Assembly: GCA_031414955.1 (NCBI GenBank)
Contig: JANOQV010000204.1
Location: 1-15,555 of the forward strand
Direction of reading: 5' to 3'
Length of the DNA stretch: 15,555 bases
Source of the DNA: Pedosphaera sp.
Lineage (GTDB): Bacteria > Verrucomicrobiota > Verrucomicrobiia > Limisphaerales > SIBH01
Shown here: positions 5,752 to 14,546 of the stretch, one piece after another
How the letters are laid out: each line of letters opens with the position of its first letter
Position numbering within the stretch: the first letter of the stretch is position 1
Program-made: the position numbers and the translations under genes
Notes under the pieces: model-generated
What the model saw: only the letters and a program-made list of their open reading frames with translations
Told to the model about the DNA's origin: nothing
Database searches by the model: none

Positions 5752-6629
5752 CGACGGAGCACTCCCGCCGCCTGTAGCGTCGCCTTGAGCACCGCCTTGT
5801 TCGGCGCGCTCATCGGCACCAACGGCAGGCGATATTCCTCCTGCACCAAACCCATCATGGCCAGCGCGGCTTTGACCGGCACCGGGTTGGTCTCGATGAA
5901 CAAGTCTTTGAACAGCGGGTAAAATTTCGCGTGCAGCTTTTGCGCTTCGGCCATCTTGCCGGCGGCGAACGCCCGCACCATCCGGCTCACTTCGCGCGGG
6001 ATGACGTTCGACGCCACGCTGATGACGCCGTTTGCCCCCACGCTCATGAAGGGCAAGGTCAATGAGTCATCGCCGCTGAGAATCTCAAACTTCAGGCCCA
6101 GCGCGGCGCGGAGCTGGCTCACGCGATCCGCGTTGCCGCCGGCTTCCTTGATGCCGACGATGTTTTTGTGCGCCGCCGCCAGCCGCTTGACCGTGTCGAT
6201 GCCAATCTCGATGCCGCACCGGCCCGGAATGCTGTAGAGCAGGATGGGCAGCTTGGTCGCCGCAGCGATGGCGCTGAAGTGCTGGAACAAACCTTCCTGG
6301 GTCGGCTTGTTGTAATAAGGCGCGACTTGGAGCGAGCCATCCGCGCCTTCCTCCTCGGCGGCCTTGGTCAGATAAATCGCCTCGCTGGTGGAATTGCCAC
6401 CGGTGCCCGCCAGCACCTTGACCCGGCCCTGGGCGAACTGCACTGCGAGTTCGATGACGCGCACATGCTCCTCATAATCGAGCGTGGGCGATTCGCCCGT
6501 GGTGCCGACCGGCACGATGCCATCCACGCCGCCTTGGACCTGGGCTTTGACCAGGCGCTCCAGCGCGGATTCATCCAATACGCCGTTGCGAAACGGCGTC
6601 ACGATTGCGGTATAGATTCCAGTAAACAT
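5748..6629 (-). CDS. dapA: 4-hydroxy-tetrahydrodipicolinate synthase
   Basis: Motifs MFTGIYTAIVTPF, GTTGES, APYYNKP, LYSIPGR, GIKEA, LSGDD and ETNPVPVK. 293 aa from ATG 6629; the longer ORF-track start runs through the tRNA. Confidence 0.97.
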   Translation of the reverse strand: MFTGIYTAIVTPFRNGVLDESALERLVKAQVQGGVDGIVPVGTTGESPTLDYEEHVRVIELAVQFAQGRVKVLAGTGGNSTSEAIYLTKAAEEEGADGSLQVAPYYNKPTQEGLFQHFSAIAAATKLPILLYSIPGRCGIEIGIDTVKRLAAAHKNIVGIKEAGGNADRVSQLRAALGLKFEILSGDDSLTLPFMSVGANGVISVASNVIPREVSRMVRAFAAGKMAEAQKLHAKFYPLFKDLFIETNPVPVKAALAMMGLVQEEYRLPLVPMSAPNKAVLKATLQAAGVLRR

Positions 6630-6715
6630 GTGTCCGAAGAATTCTGCGTAATTTCTCAAACGCCCGCTGCGAAGCCAGCCTGAATTTTGAACGAGAATGG
6701 CGGTTCGGGGAAAAG

Positions 6716-6790
6716 TGGAGCCAGTTGTCGGATTTGAACCGACGACCGACGGTTTACAAAACCGTTGCTCTACCACTGAGCTAAACTGGC
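6716..6790 (-). tRNA. tRNA-Thr (TGT)
   Basis: GCCAGTT/AACTGGC acceptor stem, D arm GCTC..GAGC, anticodon arm ACGGT-TT-TGT-AA-ACCGT, T arm GTCGG-TTCAAAT-CCGAC, encoded CCA. 75 nt. Confidence 0.97.
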
Positions 6791-6806
6791 GTCCGGCCCG
6801 CGTGGC

Positions 6807-6834
6807 AATGTATTCCCTGAACCAGCGCAAACAA
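6807..6834 (-). promoter_or_regulatory. Possible sigma70 promoter for the tRNA-Thr/dap operon
   Basis: TTGTTT-16 nt-TACATT followed by a GC-rich discriminator, 16 nt upstream of the tRNA. Confidence 0.35.
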
Positions 6835-7239
6835 GGATTTTCCAGGTCGGCCGGCGCACGAACGCGATGGGGGGCGGCGCGGGTGGAAAAACACCCTCAG
6901 CTCATTACTGCACTGCCACGCAATCGAAAACCGACCGGCGTTCAGCAACTCAAGCGCTGGCAAAATCAATCCCGGCTGCATCGTTCCAGCTTATACCCCA
7001 CGCGGAACTGACCGGGCCATGAGCCGGGACGATCCAAGGTCGATGCTGGTCGGCGCGATTTCCCGAAGAGTATCTTTCCGGTGTTCACCCCGTCTCGTTT
7101 CTCGACACGCAAAGTTACCGAATCGGCAGAAGGGACAACTGGCCGCGAGATCTTTTTTCGAAAATGAAGAACGGGAATCTTGTCCAGCCTGCGACTGGTC
7201 CGAATTCGGATCGAAACCGCGCTCAACTCACTCATCACC

Positions 7240-7458
7240 ATGAAAACTCGTCGTTGTCTCTTTCTTCTCCTGCTCGTGACCGCCTCGGCCCTGGTGTCTG
7301 GGTGCCAGCACGTCAACCCCTGGGAGCGTGGCGCACTCGCGGACGAAACCATGCGGGCCGATCCGCTGAACCTCATGATGGCCGAACACATGTGGTTCTC
7401 TCGCGAGGTGGCCTCCGGTGGCCGTGGCGTGGGCGGCGGTGGCTGTGGCTGCAACTGA
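7240..7458 (+). CDS. DUF4266-family lipoprotein
   Basis: 72 aa with a lipobox-like LVSGC, VNPWERGALA and the characteristic C-terminal SRE..SGG.G.GGGGCGCN. Confidence 0.88.
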   Translation: MKTRRCLFLLLLVTASALVSGCQHVNPWERGALADETMRADPLNLMMAEHMWFSREVASGGRGVGGGGCGCN

Positions 7459-7494
7459 TTCGGACCCACATTGGTTCGCATCCTCAAAGAAGAC

Positions 7495-8259
7495 ATGAAG
7501 TTCTCCAGGCTCCTCAACCCGGCGCATCTGGCAAGTAACACCGTGGCGTCCGGCGCACTCACGGGACGCTATACTTTGGTCGTGGCCGCTTCGGCGGATG
7601 GAGAGACCGCGCCGCTGGGCGATGGTTACGCTTCTCTCAGGGTGGGCGCCGGAGGCACGGTAACGCTTTTGGGATCGCTGGCTGACGGATCGAAGCTGGT
7701 GAAGACGGTGACGATTTTCGGCGGAGCCGACCTGCCCGTTTACGTGCCGCTGAATCGAGGCAAGGGTGCCGTGTTTGGCTGGCTGAAGCTGACGCCGGGC
7801 AGCTCGGAGGATTTGTCAGGCCAAGTGCATTGGATCAGCCCGCCCTCAACCAGGAGAAAAAGATACGCGACCGGATTCCATTTGGTTTCACCGGGGCACG
7901 GCTCCGTTTACAACTGGCAAGCTGATGAAGTTGAACACGAGCGAGGCAGCGCTGCAGATCTGGACGACGATAAGCTGCGCCAGCAACCGATCGCCCGCTT
8001 GGTGCTGACCGGCGGCAATTTGCCCGGCGCGGTGACGAACGAGGTGCGTTTCGGCGAGCAGGGACAGGTCGTAGGTTCTGCGCCGGACGCAGTGCGGTTG
8101 ATATTCTCCAGGAGAACAGGCTTGTTCACCGGCACTCTCGACACCTGGGCCGCGCCGCGCCGGATTCGCTTTCAAGGTGCCATCCTCCAGAGACAGTCCT
8201 TCGCCACGGGCTATTTCTCCGGCACGAACGAGGTTGGTCACATTTACCTCGGCCCGTGA
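7495..8259 (+). CDS. Hypothetical beta-rich protein, possibly the C-terminal fragment of a large extracellular protein
   Basis: 254 aa from ATG 7495 (TTG 7471 alternative). Motifs GRYTL, P.GDGYA...V...G.V...G.LADG, TGLFTG and FQGAILQ...ATGYF resemble C-terminal regions of large verrucomicrobial proteins (from recall). No signal peptide. Confidence 0.55.
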   Translation: MKFSRLLNPAHLASNTVASGALTGRYTLVVAASADGETAPLGDGYASLRVGAGGTVTLLGSLADGSKLVKTVTIFGGADLPVYVPLNRGKGAVFGWLKLTPGSSEDLSGQVHWISPPSTRRKRYATGFHLVSPGHGSVYNWQADEVEHERGSAADLDDDKLRQQPIARLVLTGGNLPGAVTNEVRFGEQGQVVGSAPDAVRLIFSRRTGLFTGTLDTWAAPRRIRFQGAILQRQSFATGYFSGTNEVGHIYLGP

Positions 8260-8479
8260 GCGGGGGCCGCGGCGATGTGTGCGCGGAGGCTAGATCGCCC
8301 TGCTCCTCAGTTTTGCCCGTCGGTGCCACCGACCGGAGGCGCCCAGTTACGGCCGGGGGGGGTGAATTCCCAGTTTCCTTCGAGGTGGCCGTTGGATAAC
8401 CTCGGTCCATGTTGCGGCACGAAATGAATTCCGGCGTGGCTTTGCGCCGCACCTACGCGCCTGTCATCCGCCTCCATCC

Positions 8480-8776
8480 ATGAATTATCTCCCGGCTCCC
8501 ATCGACACCGCATCCGTGATCCTGCCTCCGGAACTGGATCAACTCACCGAGCGCCTGGCCGAGAACACTCACGACATCTGGGCGCGGCAACGGCTCAATG
8601 ACGGCTGGGTCTGGGGCGCGCAGCGCGATGACGCGGCGAAGAAGCATCCCTGTCTCGTGCCCTATGACCAATTGCCCGAGAGCGAAAAGGAATATGACCG
8701 CGTGGTCGTACTGGGGGTGTTGCGCACGATCCTCTCGCTGGGATACAAGATCGAGCCTCCCAAACCATCGGCATGA
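8480..8776 (+). CDS. Stand-alone RyR (ryanodine receptor repeat) domain protein
   Basis: 98 aa: Y.PAPIDTASV.LP.EL..L.ERLAENTHDIWA..RL.DGW.WG..RDD..K.HPCLVPYDQLPESEKEYDR...GY.I matches the RyR domain signature. Confidence 0.92.
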   Translation: MNYLPAPIDTASVILPPELDQLTERLAENTHDIWARQRLNDGWVWGAQRDDAAKKHPCLVPYDQLPESEKEYDRVVVLGVLRTILSLGYKIEPPKPSA

Positions 8777-9960
8777 AACGAGGGCCGCGCCTGGTGGCCT
8801 CACCCCCAAGTCATCGCATGAACCCCCAACCGCCCGCGACCAAACCAGCCCCCGACCCTTGGGAAGATCATTTGCGGCAACAACTCGCCGTGCCTGATCG
8901 CGCCTACACCCTGGACATGGACGACGCGCCCGAGCAGGCGCACCTCGCCCAGTTCGGAGTGTTAAACGACGCGATTCAGTTTCTGAACCAGGAGGTGACG
9001 AAGTTGTACCAGGCGGCGGATCAGGCGGCGCGGAAACATCAGGGGCGCCACCGTCATCTGGCCCGCTGGGCCATCTGGACCGGTGCGGTCTCCGTGATGC
9101 TGGCCATCGTGCAACCCGCCTTGAAGGAGGCGTCGAACGAATGGTCAGGCCGGGTCTTATGGCTCGAAGGGGCGGCGGTGCTCATCGCCGTGATCGCCGT
9201 GGGCTTTGGCTTGAAGGCGAAGTTCGACAGCCAGTGGTTCGTGCAGCGGCATGTGGCGGAGCGGTTGCGCATGTTGAAGTTCCAGGCGCTGGGCCAGGCT
9301 GAACTCTGGTGCGGGAACTTCCCGGCTTGGGAGAGCTGGGTGCGCGGGCAGATTCAGACCATCCGGCAAATCACTTCGATCGGTCAGGTCAAGCAATGGG
9401 CCGAAGGCGGCGAGGCTGAACCTTTCGAGCCGATCCCTCCGCCCTGCGCCCTGGGCGCGCCCCTGTTACGCGCTTATTCGAGCTACTACTGCTGGAAGCG
9501 TGTGAAATTTCAATCCACCTACTTCAAACGGCAGGCGGAGACATTTCGCCAAAGGTCTCAACCGCTGGCGCACCTGGGGCTGCCGCTGTTCTTTCTGACC
9601 ATCGCCGCCGCCGTGCTGCACTTCGCGGCGGACTGGCGCGCACATGTCGCCGAGACGGACCACGCCGAATCCGCCGCGCACCTGTGGCACAGCGTGGGCC
9701 TGTGGGCGCTGACGGCGGCGGCGCTGCTGCCGGTGGCCGGACTGTGTGTGCGGGCCTGGCTGGGAGCCTTCGAGCACACGCGCAGCGCCAGCCTGTTCGA
9801 GGCCAAATCCCGGGCGTTGGAATCCCTCTCCGGCCAGTTGCGGCAGGACGGGGGCGACTTGGCCAAGACCATGCACCACATCGCCCATGTCGAGCATTTC
9901 CTGGAACACGAACACCGCGAATGGCTGCGCCTGATGCTCGAGGCGGAGTGGTTTTTGTAA
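8773..9960 (+). CDS. Four-TM membrane protein with two tandem SLATT/DUF4231-like modules
   Basis: 395 aa, ATGA-coupled to the RyR gene. First module: YQAADQAARKHQ, two hydrophobic helices, WFVQRHVAERLR. Second module: RVKFQSTYFKRQA, two hydrophobic helices, terminal EHREW. Confidence 0.7.
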   Translation: MKRGPRLVASPPSHRMNPQPPATKPAPDPWEDHLRQQLAVPDRAYTLDMDDAPEQAHLAQFGVLNDAIQFLNQEVTKLYQAADQAARKHQGRHRHLARWAIWTGAVSVMLAIVQPALKEASNEWSGRVLWLEGAAVLIAVIAVGFGLKAKFDSQWFVQRHVAERLRMLKFQALGQAELWCGNFPAWESWVRGQIQTIRQITSIGQVKQWAEGGEAEPFEPIPPPCALGAPLLRAYSSYYCWKRVKFQSTYFKRQAETFRQRSQPLAHLGLPLFFLTIAAAVLHFAADWRAHVAETDHAESAAHLWHSVGLWALTAAALLPVAGLCVRAWLGAFEHTRSASLFEAKSRALESLSGQLRQDGGDLAKTMHHIAHVEHFLEHEHREWLRLMLEAEWFL

Positions 9961-10103
9961 ATCTGAATCCGGGCGGACTCTCCAAGGCCTGCGGCCCAAA
10001 CGCCGGAGCGCATCCCGTGCGTTGGCCCCACCCCGCCCGCCGGTCGGCGCGCGGTCTGCGTAAATTGATGACTTCCAGCGGGGTTTGCTTGAATCATGCG
10101 CCA

Positions 10104-11222
10104 ATGGACATGCTGGAAAAGCTGGCGGCGCGCATCATCACGAGGTCGAAGACGGCCCGGGCCGATGAGGTGCTGCGCGCGGAATTGAAAGTGGAGCGGC
10201 TCCAACCGCGCGACAGCAGCGCCGTGGCGGCGATGGTGTTCAGCTACTTCCGCTGGCGCGGCTGGCTCGAAGAAGGCCAGGATATGGCGCGCCAGTTCGC
10301 CGCCGTGCGCGAACTGGATTTTCAATTCTCCTCCAACTCCGACGCCTTCAGCCTCGAAGATTTGCTCAAGGCCATTCCCGCCTGGGCGCGCGACGAGGTC
10401 GCCGTGACCCGGGAATGGCTGGTGACTTTGCAGACCCAGCCGACGCTCTGGCTGCGCGCCAAGCGCGGCACCGGCGAAGCCTTGGCCCGCAAGCTCGGCG
10501 ATTGTATCCGCGGTCGCGATGAACTCAGCGACACGCTGGAATATCAGGGCCGGGAGGACTTGTTCCGCACCCAGGAGTTTCATGCCGGCGAATTCGAGGT
10601 GCAGGACATCGCCTCCCAATTCGTCGGCCTGCTCTGTGATCCCCAGCCCGGCGAAACCTGGTGGGACGCGTGCGCGGGCGAAGGCGGCAAGCTGCTGCAT
10701 CTCTCCGAGCTGATGCAGAACAAGGGATTGATTTGGGCCAGTGATCGTTCGGAACGCCGGCTGGTCAATCTTCGCCGCCGCACCGCGCGGGCCAAGGTGT
10801 TCAACTACCGCGCCGTGCCCTGGGATGGCGCGGCCAAGCCGCCCACAAAAACGAAATTCGACGGCGTGCTCGTGGATGCACCGTGCAGCGGAGTGGGGAC
10901 CTGGCAGAGGAATCCGCACGCGCGCTGGACCACCACGCTTCAGGACGTGCAGGAACTGGGCGCCATCCAGCAGCAGCTCCTCTTGCACGCTGCGGCGAGC
11001 GTGAAGCCCGGGGGCAAACTCATTTACGCCGTCTGTACGCTGACACGGACTGAAACGGACGCAGTGGCAACTGCTTGTTCACCAAGGTTGTCTGGATTCG
11101 CACCGAGTCCCCTGCCTGCTTGGCCCAATGAGCCGCCAGCAGCATCGGACCAGAGATGGATTTGGCCCCAGAACTTTCGCGGGAACGGAATGTTTGTGAA
11201 GGCATGGAAGCGTCTCCCTTGA
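10104..11222 (+). CDS. RsmB/NOP-family RNA m5C methyltransferase
   Basis: Motifs FEVQDIASQ, WDACAGEGGK, VLVDAPCSGVGTWQRNP, GGKLIYAVCT and GMFV. Start at 10104 or 10110. Confidence 0.92.
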   Translation: MDMLEKLAARIITRSKTARADEVLRAELKVERLQPRDSSAVAAMVFSYFRWRGWLEEGQDMARQFAAVRELDFQFSSNSDAFSLEDLLKAIPAWARDEVAVTREWLVTLQTQPTLWLRAKRGTGEALARKLGDCIRGRDELSDTLEYQGREDLFRTQEFHAGEFEVQDIASQFVGLLCDPQPGETWWDACAGEGGKLLHLSELMQNKGLIWASDRSERRLVNLRRRTARAKVFNYRAVPWDGAAKPPTKTKFDGVLVDAPCSGVGTWQRNPHARWTTTLQDVQELGAIQQQLLLHAAASVKPGGKLIYAVCTLTRTETDAVATACSPRLSGFAPSPLPAWPNEPPAASDQRWIWPQNFRGNGMFVKAWKRLP

Positions 11223-11237
11223 GTTGAGGTTCGCGGC

Positions 11238-11672
11238 CTAGTCCGAACGATAGTAGTCGTCGATGAGACCGGATTTACTGTCATCGAACTGTTTGTTCGG
11301 CCCCGCCGAGCGGATGAAGACTTCGTTGTTGCCGAAGTAAATCTTCAGCGGCGTGCCCCACGGATCGACAATCTCACCCTTGGTGTTCAGTTCGGCCTTC
11401 TTCACCGCGAGGATGATGATCTTCTTGGGGTTGTTTCCCTCGAGCAGCGCCTTGGCAATGTCGGTGTTGTTGCCGTTGGGATAGCTGCCGACGTGGGTCT
11501 TGTATTGGTGGAAGGCTTCAAAGAGGCTGTCCACTTCGGAGTTGAAGGCGCGCACTGGCCGCTCCTGTTTCCAATTTTTAGCCGCTGTCCATCCCCAGAC
11601 TGCCCCAATTCCGACCACGAGGATGACCACGATCAGGGCAATCCGCCGAATCGAGCTGTTTGAATCATTCAT
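11238..11672 (-). CDS. Type II secretion protein G-like (pseudopilin C-terminal domain) membrane-anchored protein
   Basis: 144 aa with an N-terminal TM helix, then QYK..VGSYP, IVDPWGTPL and IRSAGPNKQFDD motifs. Confidence 0.75.
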   Translation of the reverse strand: MNDSNSSIRRIALIVVILVVGIGAVWGWTAAKNWKQERPVRAFNSEVDSLFEAFHQYKTHVGSYPNGNNTDIAKALLEGNNPKKIIILAVKKAELNTKGEIVDPWGTPLKIYFGNNEVFIRSAGPNKQFDDSKSGLIDDYYRSD

Positions 11673-11680
11673 GCCTGCGC

Positions 11681-12703
11681 TTACGCAGGACTCTTGCCAA
11701 CTGGCGGGGCGGTGCTGGCGCGCGCGATAACCTCGGCGCGCAGGCGCTTGCTTTCGGGCGGTTCGCCGCGCAGCAATGCCTGCATCGTGTCCATCGCGGC
11801 GTAGCCCAGGCGCAGCTTGGGCTGGCGCACGGTGGTGAGCGGGACACGGAAATACTCGCTGACCAGAATGTTGCCAAAACCGGCGATGGACAACTGCTGT
11901 GGCACGGTAATGCCCTGGTTCAGGAAAACATCCGCCGCGCCGATGGCCACCAAGTCATTCACCGCCTGCACCGCGGTGGCTCCGGGATTTTCATTGAGCA
12001 TCTGCAACGCGGCCTTCTCCCCTTCCTCGATGGTGCTGCCGGCATTGAAGACCAGCCGTTCGTCCAGCTCCAGGTTCGCTTCCCGCAAAGCCCGGCGGTA
12101 GCCCTCGTAGCGCTCCTGCGCCGAGGGCGACACCGGAGCCCCGGTAAAGTAGGCGATGCGCTTGTGCCCCAGTTCGATCAGATGCCTGGTCACGGCCTGG
12201 CTCGCCGCGATGTCGTCGGTCTCGACATTGGCGAAGGTGCTGCAAAACAATCCTCGATGCCCAAGGATCACGGTGGGCACCTTGAAGCGCTTGAGCTCCT
12301 CATAGGCCGGGGCGTTGGGCGTGAGCCGATACACCGGCGTGATGAACAATCCGTCCACGCGCCGCAGGAGAAACCGACGGATGCAGGACTCTTCGCGCGA
12401 GGTCTGGTTCAAGGAATGGGCAAACATCAGATCGTAGCCCAGTTCGTGCGCCCGCTCCTCAATGGCCATCATGATGCGCGCGTAGATCGGATTGGTGGCC
12501 GCCGAGATGATTAGACCGAAGAGCCGCGTCTTCCCGCTGCGCATCAGTTGCGCGGACAGATCGGGCACGTAACCCATTTCCTCCGCCAGCCGGCGCAGCT
12601 TGCTGCGCGTGGCGGGCGCGATGTCCTTCGATTCCCGCAGCGCCTTGGAGACGGTCATGATGGAGACCCCGGCGCGTTCCGCGATGTGTTTGAGCTTTAC
12701 CAT
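11681..12703 (-). CDS. LacI-family transcriptional regulator
   Basis: HTH LKHIAERAGVSIMTVSKAL, then GYVP, LIELGHKRIA, ERYEGY, NDLVAIGA and PLTTVRQP. 340 aa from ATG 12703. Confidence 0.96.
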   Translation of the reverse strand: MVKLKHIAERAGVSIMTVSKALRESKDIAPATRSKLRRLAEEMGYVPDLSAQLMRSGKTRLFGLIISAATNPIYARIMMAIEERAHELGYDLMFAHSLNQTSREESCIRRFLLRRVDGLFITPVYRLTPNAPAYEELKRFKVPTVILGHRGLFCSTFANVETDDIAASQAVTRHLIELGHKRIAYFTGAPVSPSAQERYEGYRRALREANLELDERLVFNAGSTIEEGEKAALQMLNENPGATAVQAVNDLVAIGAADVFLNQGITVPQQLSIAGFGNILVSEYFRVPLTTVRQPKLRLGYAAMDTMQALLRGEPPESKRLRAEVIARASTAPPVGKSPA

Positions 12704-12709
12704 GGGGAA

Positions 12710-12817
12710 GAGTCCAAGGTCCAAAGTCCAAGGTCCAAGGTCAGCGTCAGTCGTGGGCGACGCGCCTGGGCAACTCGACGCGGCGACCTTGGACCTTGGA
12801 CCTTGGACTTTGGACTC
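12710..12817. repeat. Two inverted arrays of 7-nt repeats (A[G/A]GTCCA) forming a long hairpin between nadK and the LacI gene
   Basis: 12710-12742 and 12785-12817 are 33-bp inverted repeats with 2 mismatches, around a 42-bp spacer. Confidence 0.9.
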
Positions 12818-12820
12818 ATG

Positions 12821-13705
12821 TTAAACGTGCGACCCGCTCCAGTGAAGTTTCTGCCGCAACGTGCGAAAGAACGAACTCCCGCGCAGTCGCAAGAGCCGCG
12901 CGGCCGACCGGCTCTTGCGCACCTGCACAAAATCCCCGGCGCTCAACGCCCACTGCACCTGCCCGTCCGCCGTCAGCATCGTGTCCGCTCGCTCGCTCAC
13001 GACCGTTACTTGAACCACCGAATCCATGGGCACAATCACCGAACGATTGGAGAGCGTATGCGGGCAGATCGGCGTGATGGTCAGCACCTCGGCCTGCGGA
13101 CTGACAATGGCCCCGCCCGCCGCCAGCGAGTAAGCCGTGGAGCCGGTCGGAGTACTCAGAATCAGCCCGTCGCAGCGGTAGCGCGTCAACTCCTCGGCAT
13201 CGACTGTCACCGCCAGTTCGATCAGGCGCGAGGTCGCGCCGCGGCTGATCACGAAATCATTCAGGGCCAGTTCGCGGATGAGCTGGCCTTGCGCGCGGCC
13301 CGTCGCCTCGACCAATGGCCGGGACTCGAGCAAATAGTCGCCCGCCCAGATCTGTTTCAGCGCCGCACCCAGTTGCGGCCCTTGCACCGCGGTCAGGAAG
13401 CCCAGCCCGCCAACCTTCACTCCGAGGATGGGCGTGGTCGAACCGGCCATGTCCCGCGCCACGCGCAACATCGTGCCGTCGCCGCCGAAGACGAGCAGGA
13501 GATCCACCTCGCGCGCCAGGGCGGCGGCGTTTGCCAGCGCGGGACAGCGCAGCCCGGCCAGGTCGGCGGTGGCTTGATCGCAGCAGAGCTTGCGTCCGCT
13601 GCGTTGAATCATCCGCGCCGCGCTTTGCACCAGCGCGCGGCTGGAAAGCTTCCCGGAATTGGCGAGCAGCCCCACGCTGCTGATTTTTTCACCCACGCTT
13701 TTCAA
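12821..13705 (-). CDS. nadK: NAD(+) kinase
   Basis: Motifs VFGGDGTML, GGLGFL, ALNDFVI, DGLILSTPTGSTAYSLAAGG, TPICPH and DGQ. TTG start overlaps the tlyA end; exact start uncertain. Confidence 0.95.
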   Translation of the reverse strand: MKSVGEKISSVGLLANSGKLSSRALVQSAARMIQRSGRKLCCDQATADLAGLRCPALANAAALAREVDLLLVFGGDGTMLRVARDMAGSTTPILGVKVGGLGFLTAVQGPQLGAALKQIWAGDYLLESRPLVEATGRAQGQLIRELALNDFVISRGATSRLIELAVTVDAEELTRYRCDGLILSTPTGSTAYSLAAGGAIVSPQAEVLTITPICPHTLSNRSVIVPMDSVVQVTVVSERADTMLTADGQVQWALSAGDFVQVRKSRSAARLLRLRGSSFFRTLRQKLHWSGSHV

Positions 13706-14435
13706 TCAGAACCAGAAATTCTTTGTTGCCCGCCGGACCCAGGAGCGGCGAGGTCGTCACTCCGGCCCAGACCACCCCGGCTTGCTCGGCCACAAACTGC
13801 TCCAACTCGCTCAACACTCGCGCATGCACCGCCGGGTCGCTGATCACTCCCGCACCCCGATCCGCCTCTTCCTTGCCGGCTTCGAACTGGGGCTTGATCA
13901 GCGCGACGACATTACCCAAGGGCTTCGTCAATGCAATCGCCGCCGGCAGAATCTTGCGCAGGGAAATGAACGAGCAGTCGATCACCACCAGATCGGCGGC
14001 GGTGAAGGGCGGCGGGAACATCGTCGCGGTCAAGGTCCGGGCGTTCATCTTCTCCATCACCACCACGCGCGCGTCGTTCCGCAAGCTCCACGCCAGTTGC
14101 CCCTGCCCCACATCCACCGCGAAGACCCGGGCCGCGCCCCGTTGCAACAGGCAATCCGTGAAGCCGCCCGTGGACGCGCCCAGATCGATGGCCGTCAACC
14201 CCGCCACTTCCACCGCGAAATGACCCAGCGCGTGCTCCAGCTTGTGCCCGCCGCGGCTGACAAACTTTTCCCCGCCGCTCAGTTCCACCACATCCGACTC
14301 GCGCACCGCGTCACTGGGTTTGTGCGCCAGTTGCCCGTTCACCCGCACCAGACCGGCCATGACGGCGCGCTTGGCCTTCTCGCGGCTCTCGCTCAAGCCG
14401 CGCTCGACAAGAATTTGATCCAATCGCTGGCGCAC
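13689..14435 (-). CDS. tlyA: TlyA-family rRNA (cytidine-2'-O)-methyltransferase
   Basis: S4 domain RLDQILVERGL.ESREKA, then FVSRGGHKL, DLGASTGGFTDCLLQ, DCSFISL, LIKPQFE and GPAGNKEFL. Conserved tlyA-nadK synteny. Confidence 0.96.
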   Translation of the reverse strand: MRQRLDQILVERGLSESREKAKRAVMAGLVRVNGQLAHKPSDAVRESDVVELSGGEKFVSRGGHKLEHALGHFAVEVAGLTAIDLGASTGGFTDCLLQRGAARVFAVDVGQGQLAWSLRNDARVVVMEKMNARTLTATMFPPPFTAADLVVIDCSFISLRKILPAAIALTKPLGNVVALIKPQFEAGKEEADRGAGVISDPAVHARVLSELEQFVAEQAGVVWAGVTTSPLLGPAGNKEFLVLIEKRG

Positions 14436-14546
14436 CCCACGAGGATGGCACGGGGAGATTGAGAGTAGAACCTGAAATCCAAAGCGCCAAACAGGGCGCT
14501 CCGCAGAATCGCCGGGGCCGGGGACAGCGTGATCGCTGCCTTCGGC

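Noticed and set aside
6716..6790. tRNA as an integration site for an island or prophage
   Set aside because: No integrase and no duplicated tRNA 3' end seen in the window. dapA follows directly downstream.
6630..6830. N-terminal extension of DapA in the ORF track
   Set aside because: Runs through the tRNA-Thr gene. DapA similarity begins at ATG 6629.
8355..8362. G8 homopolymer upstream of the RyR gene as a phase-variation tract
   Set aside because: Short, intergenic, and not placed between identifiable promoter elements. Expected by chance at this GC content.
9684..10103. N-terminal extension of the RsmB-family ORF (512 aa)
   Set aside because: Overlaps the SLATT-like gene in another frame and has low-complexity composition.
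12710..12817. Possible CRISPR array (also considered for 2488-2703)
   Set aside because: Units are tandem 7-mers or inverted palindromes with no repeat-spacer periodicity, and no cas genes are present.
12548..13843. Long plus-strand ORFs opposite nadK, the LacI gene and tlyA, and similar ORFs opposite other genes
   Set aside because: Antisense shadows typical of high-GC coding DNA, Arg/Pro/Ala-rich and without motifs.
14483..14500. Hairpin AGCGCC-N6-GGCGCT as an intrinsic terminator
   Set aside because: Only a 6-bp stem with a three-T tail on the minus strand, which is insufficient.
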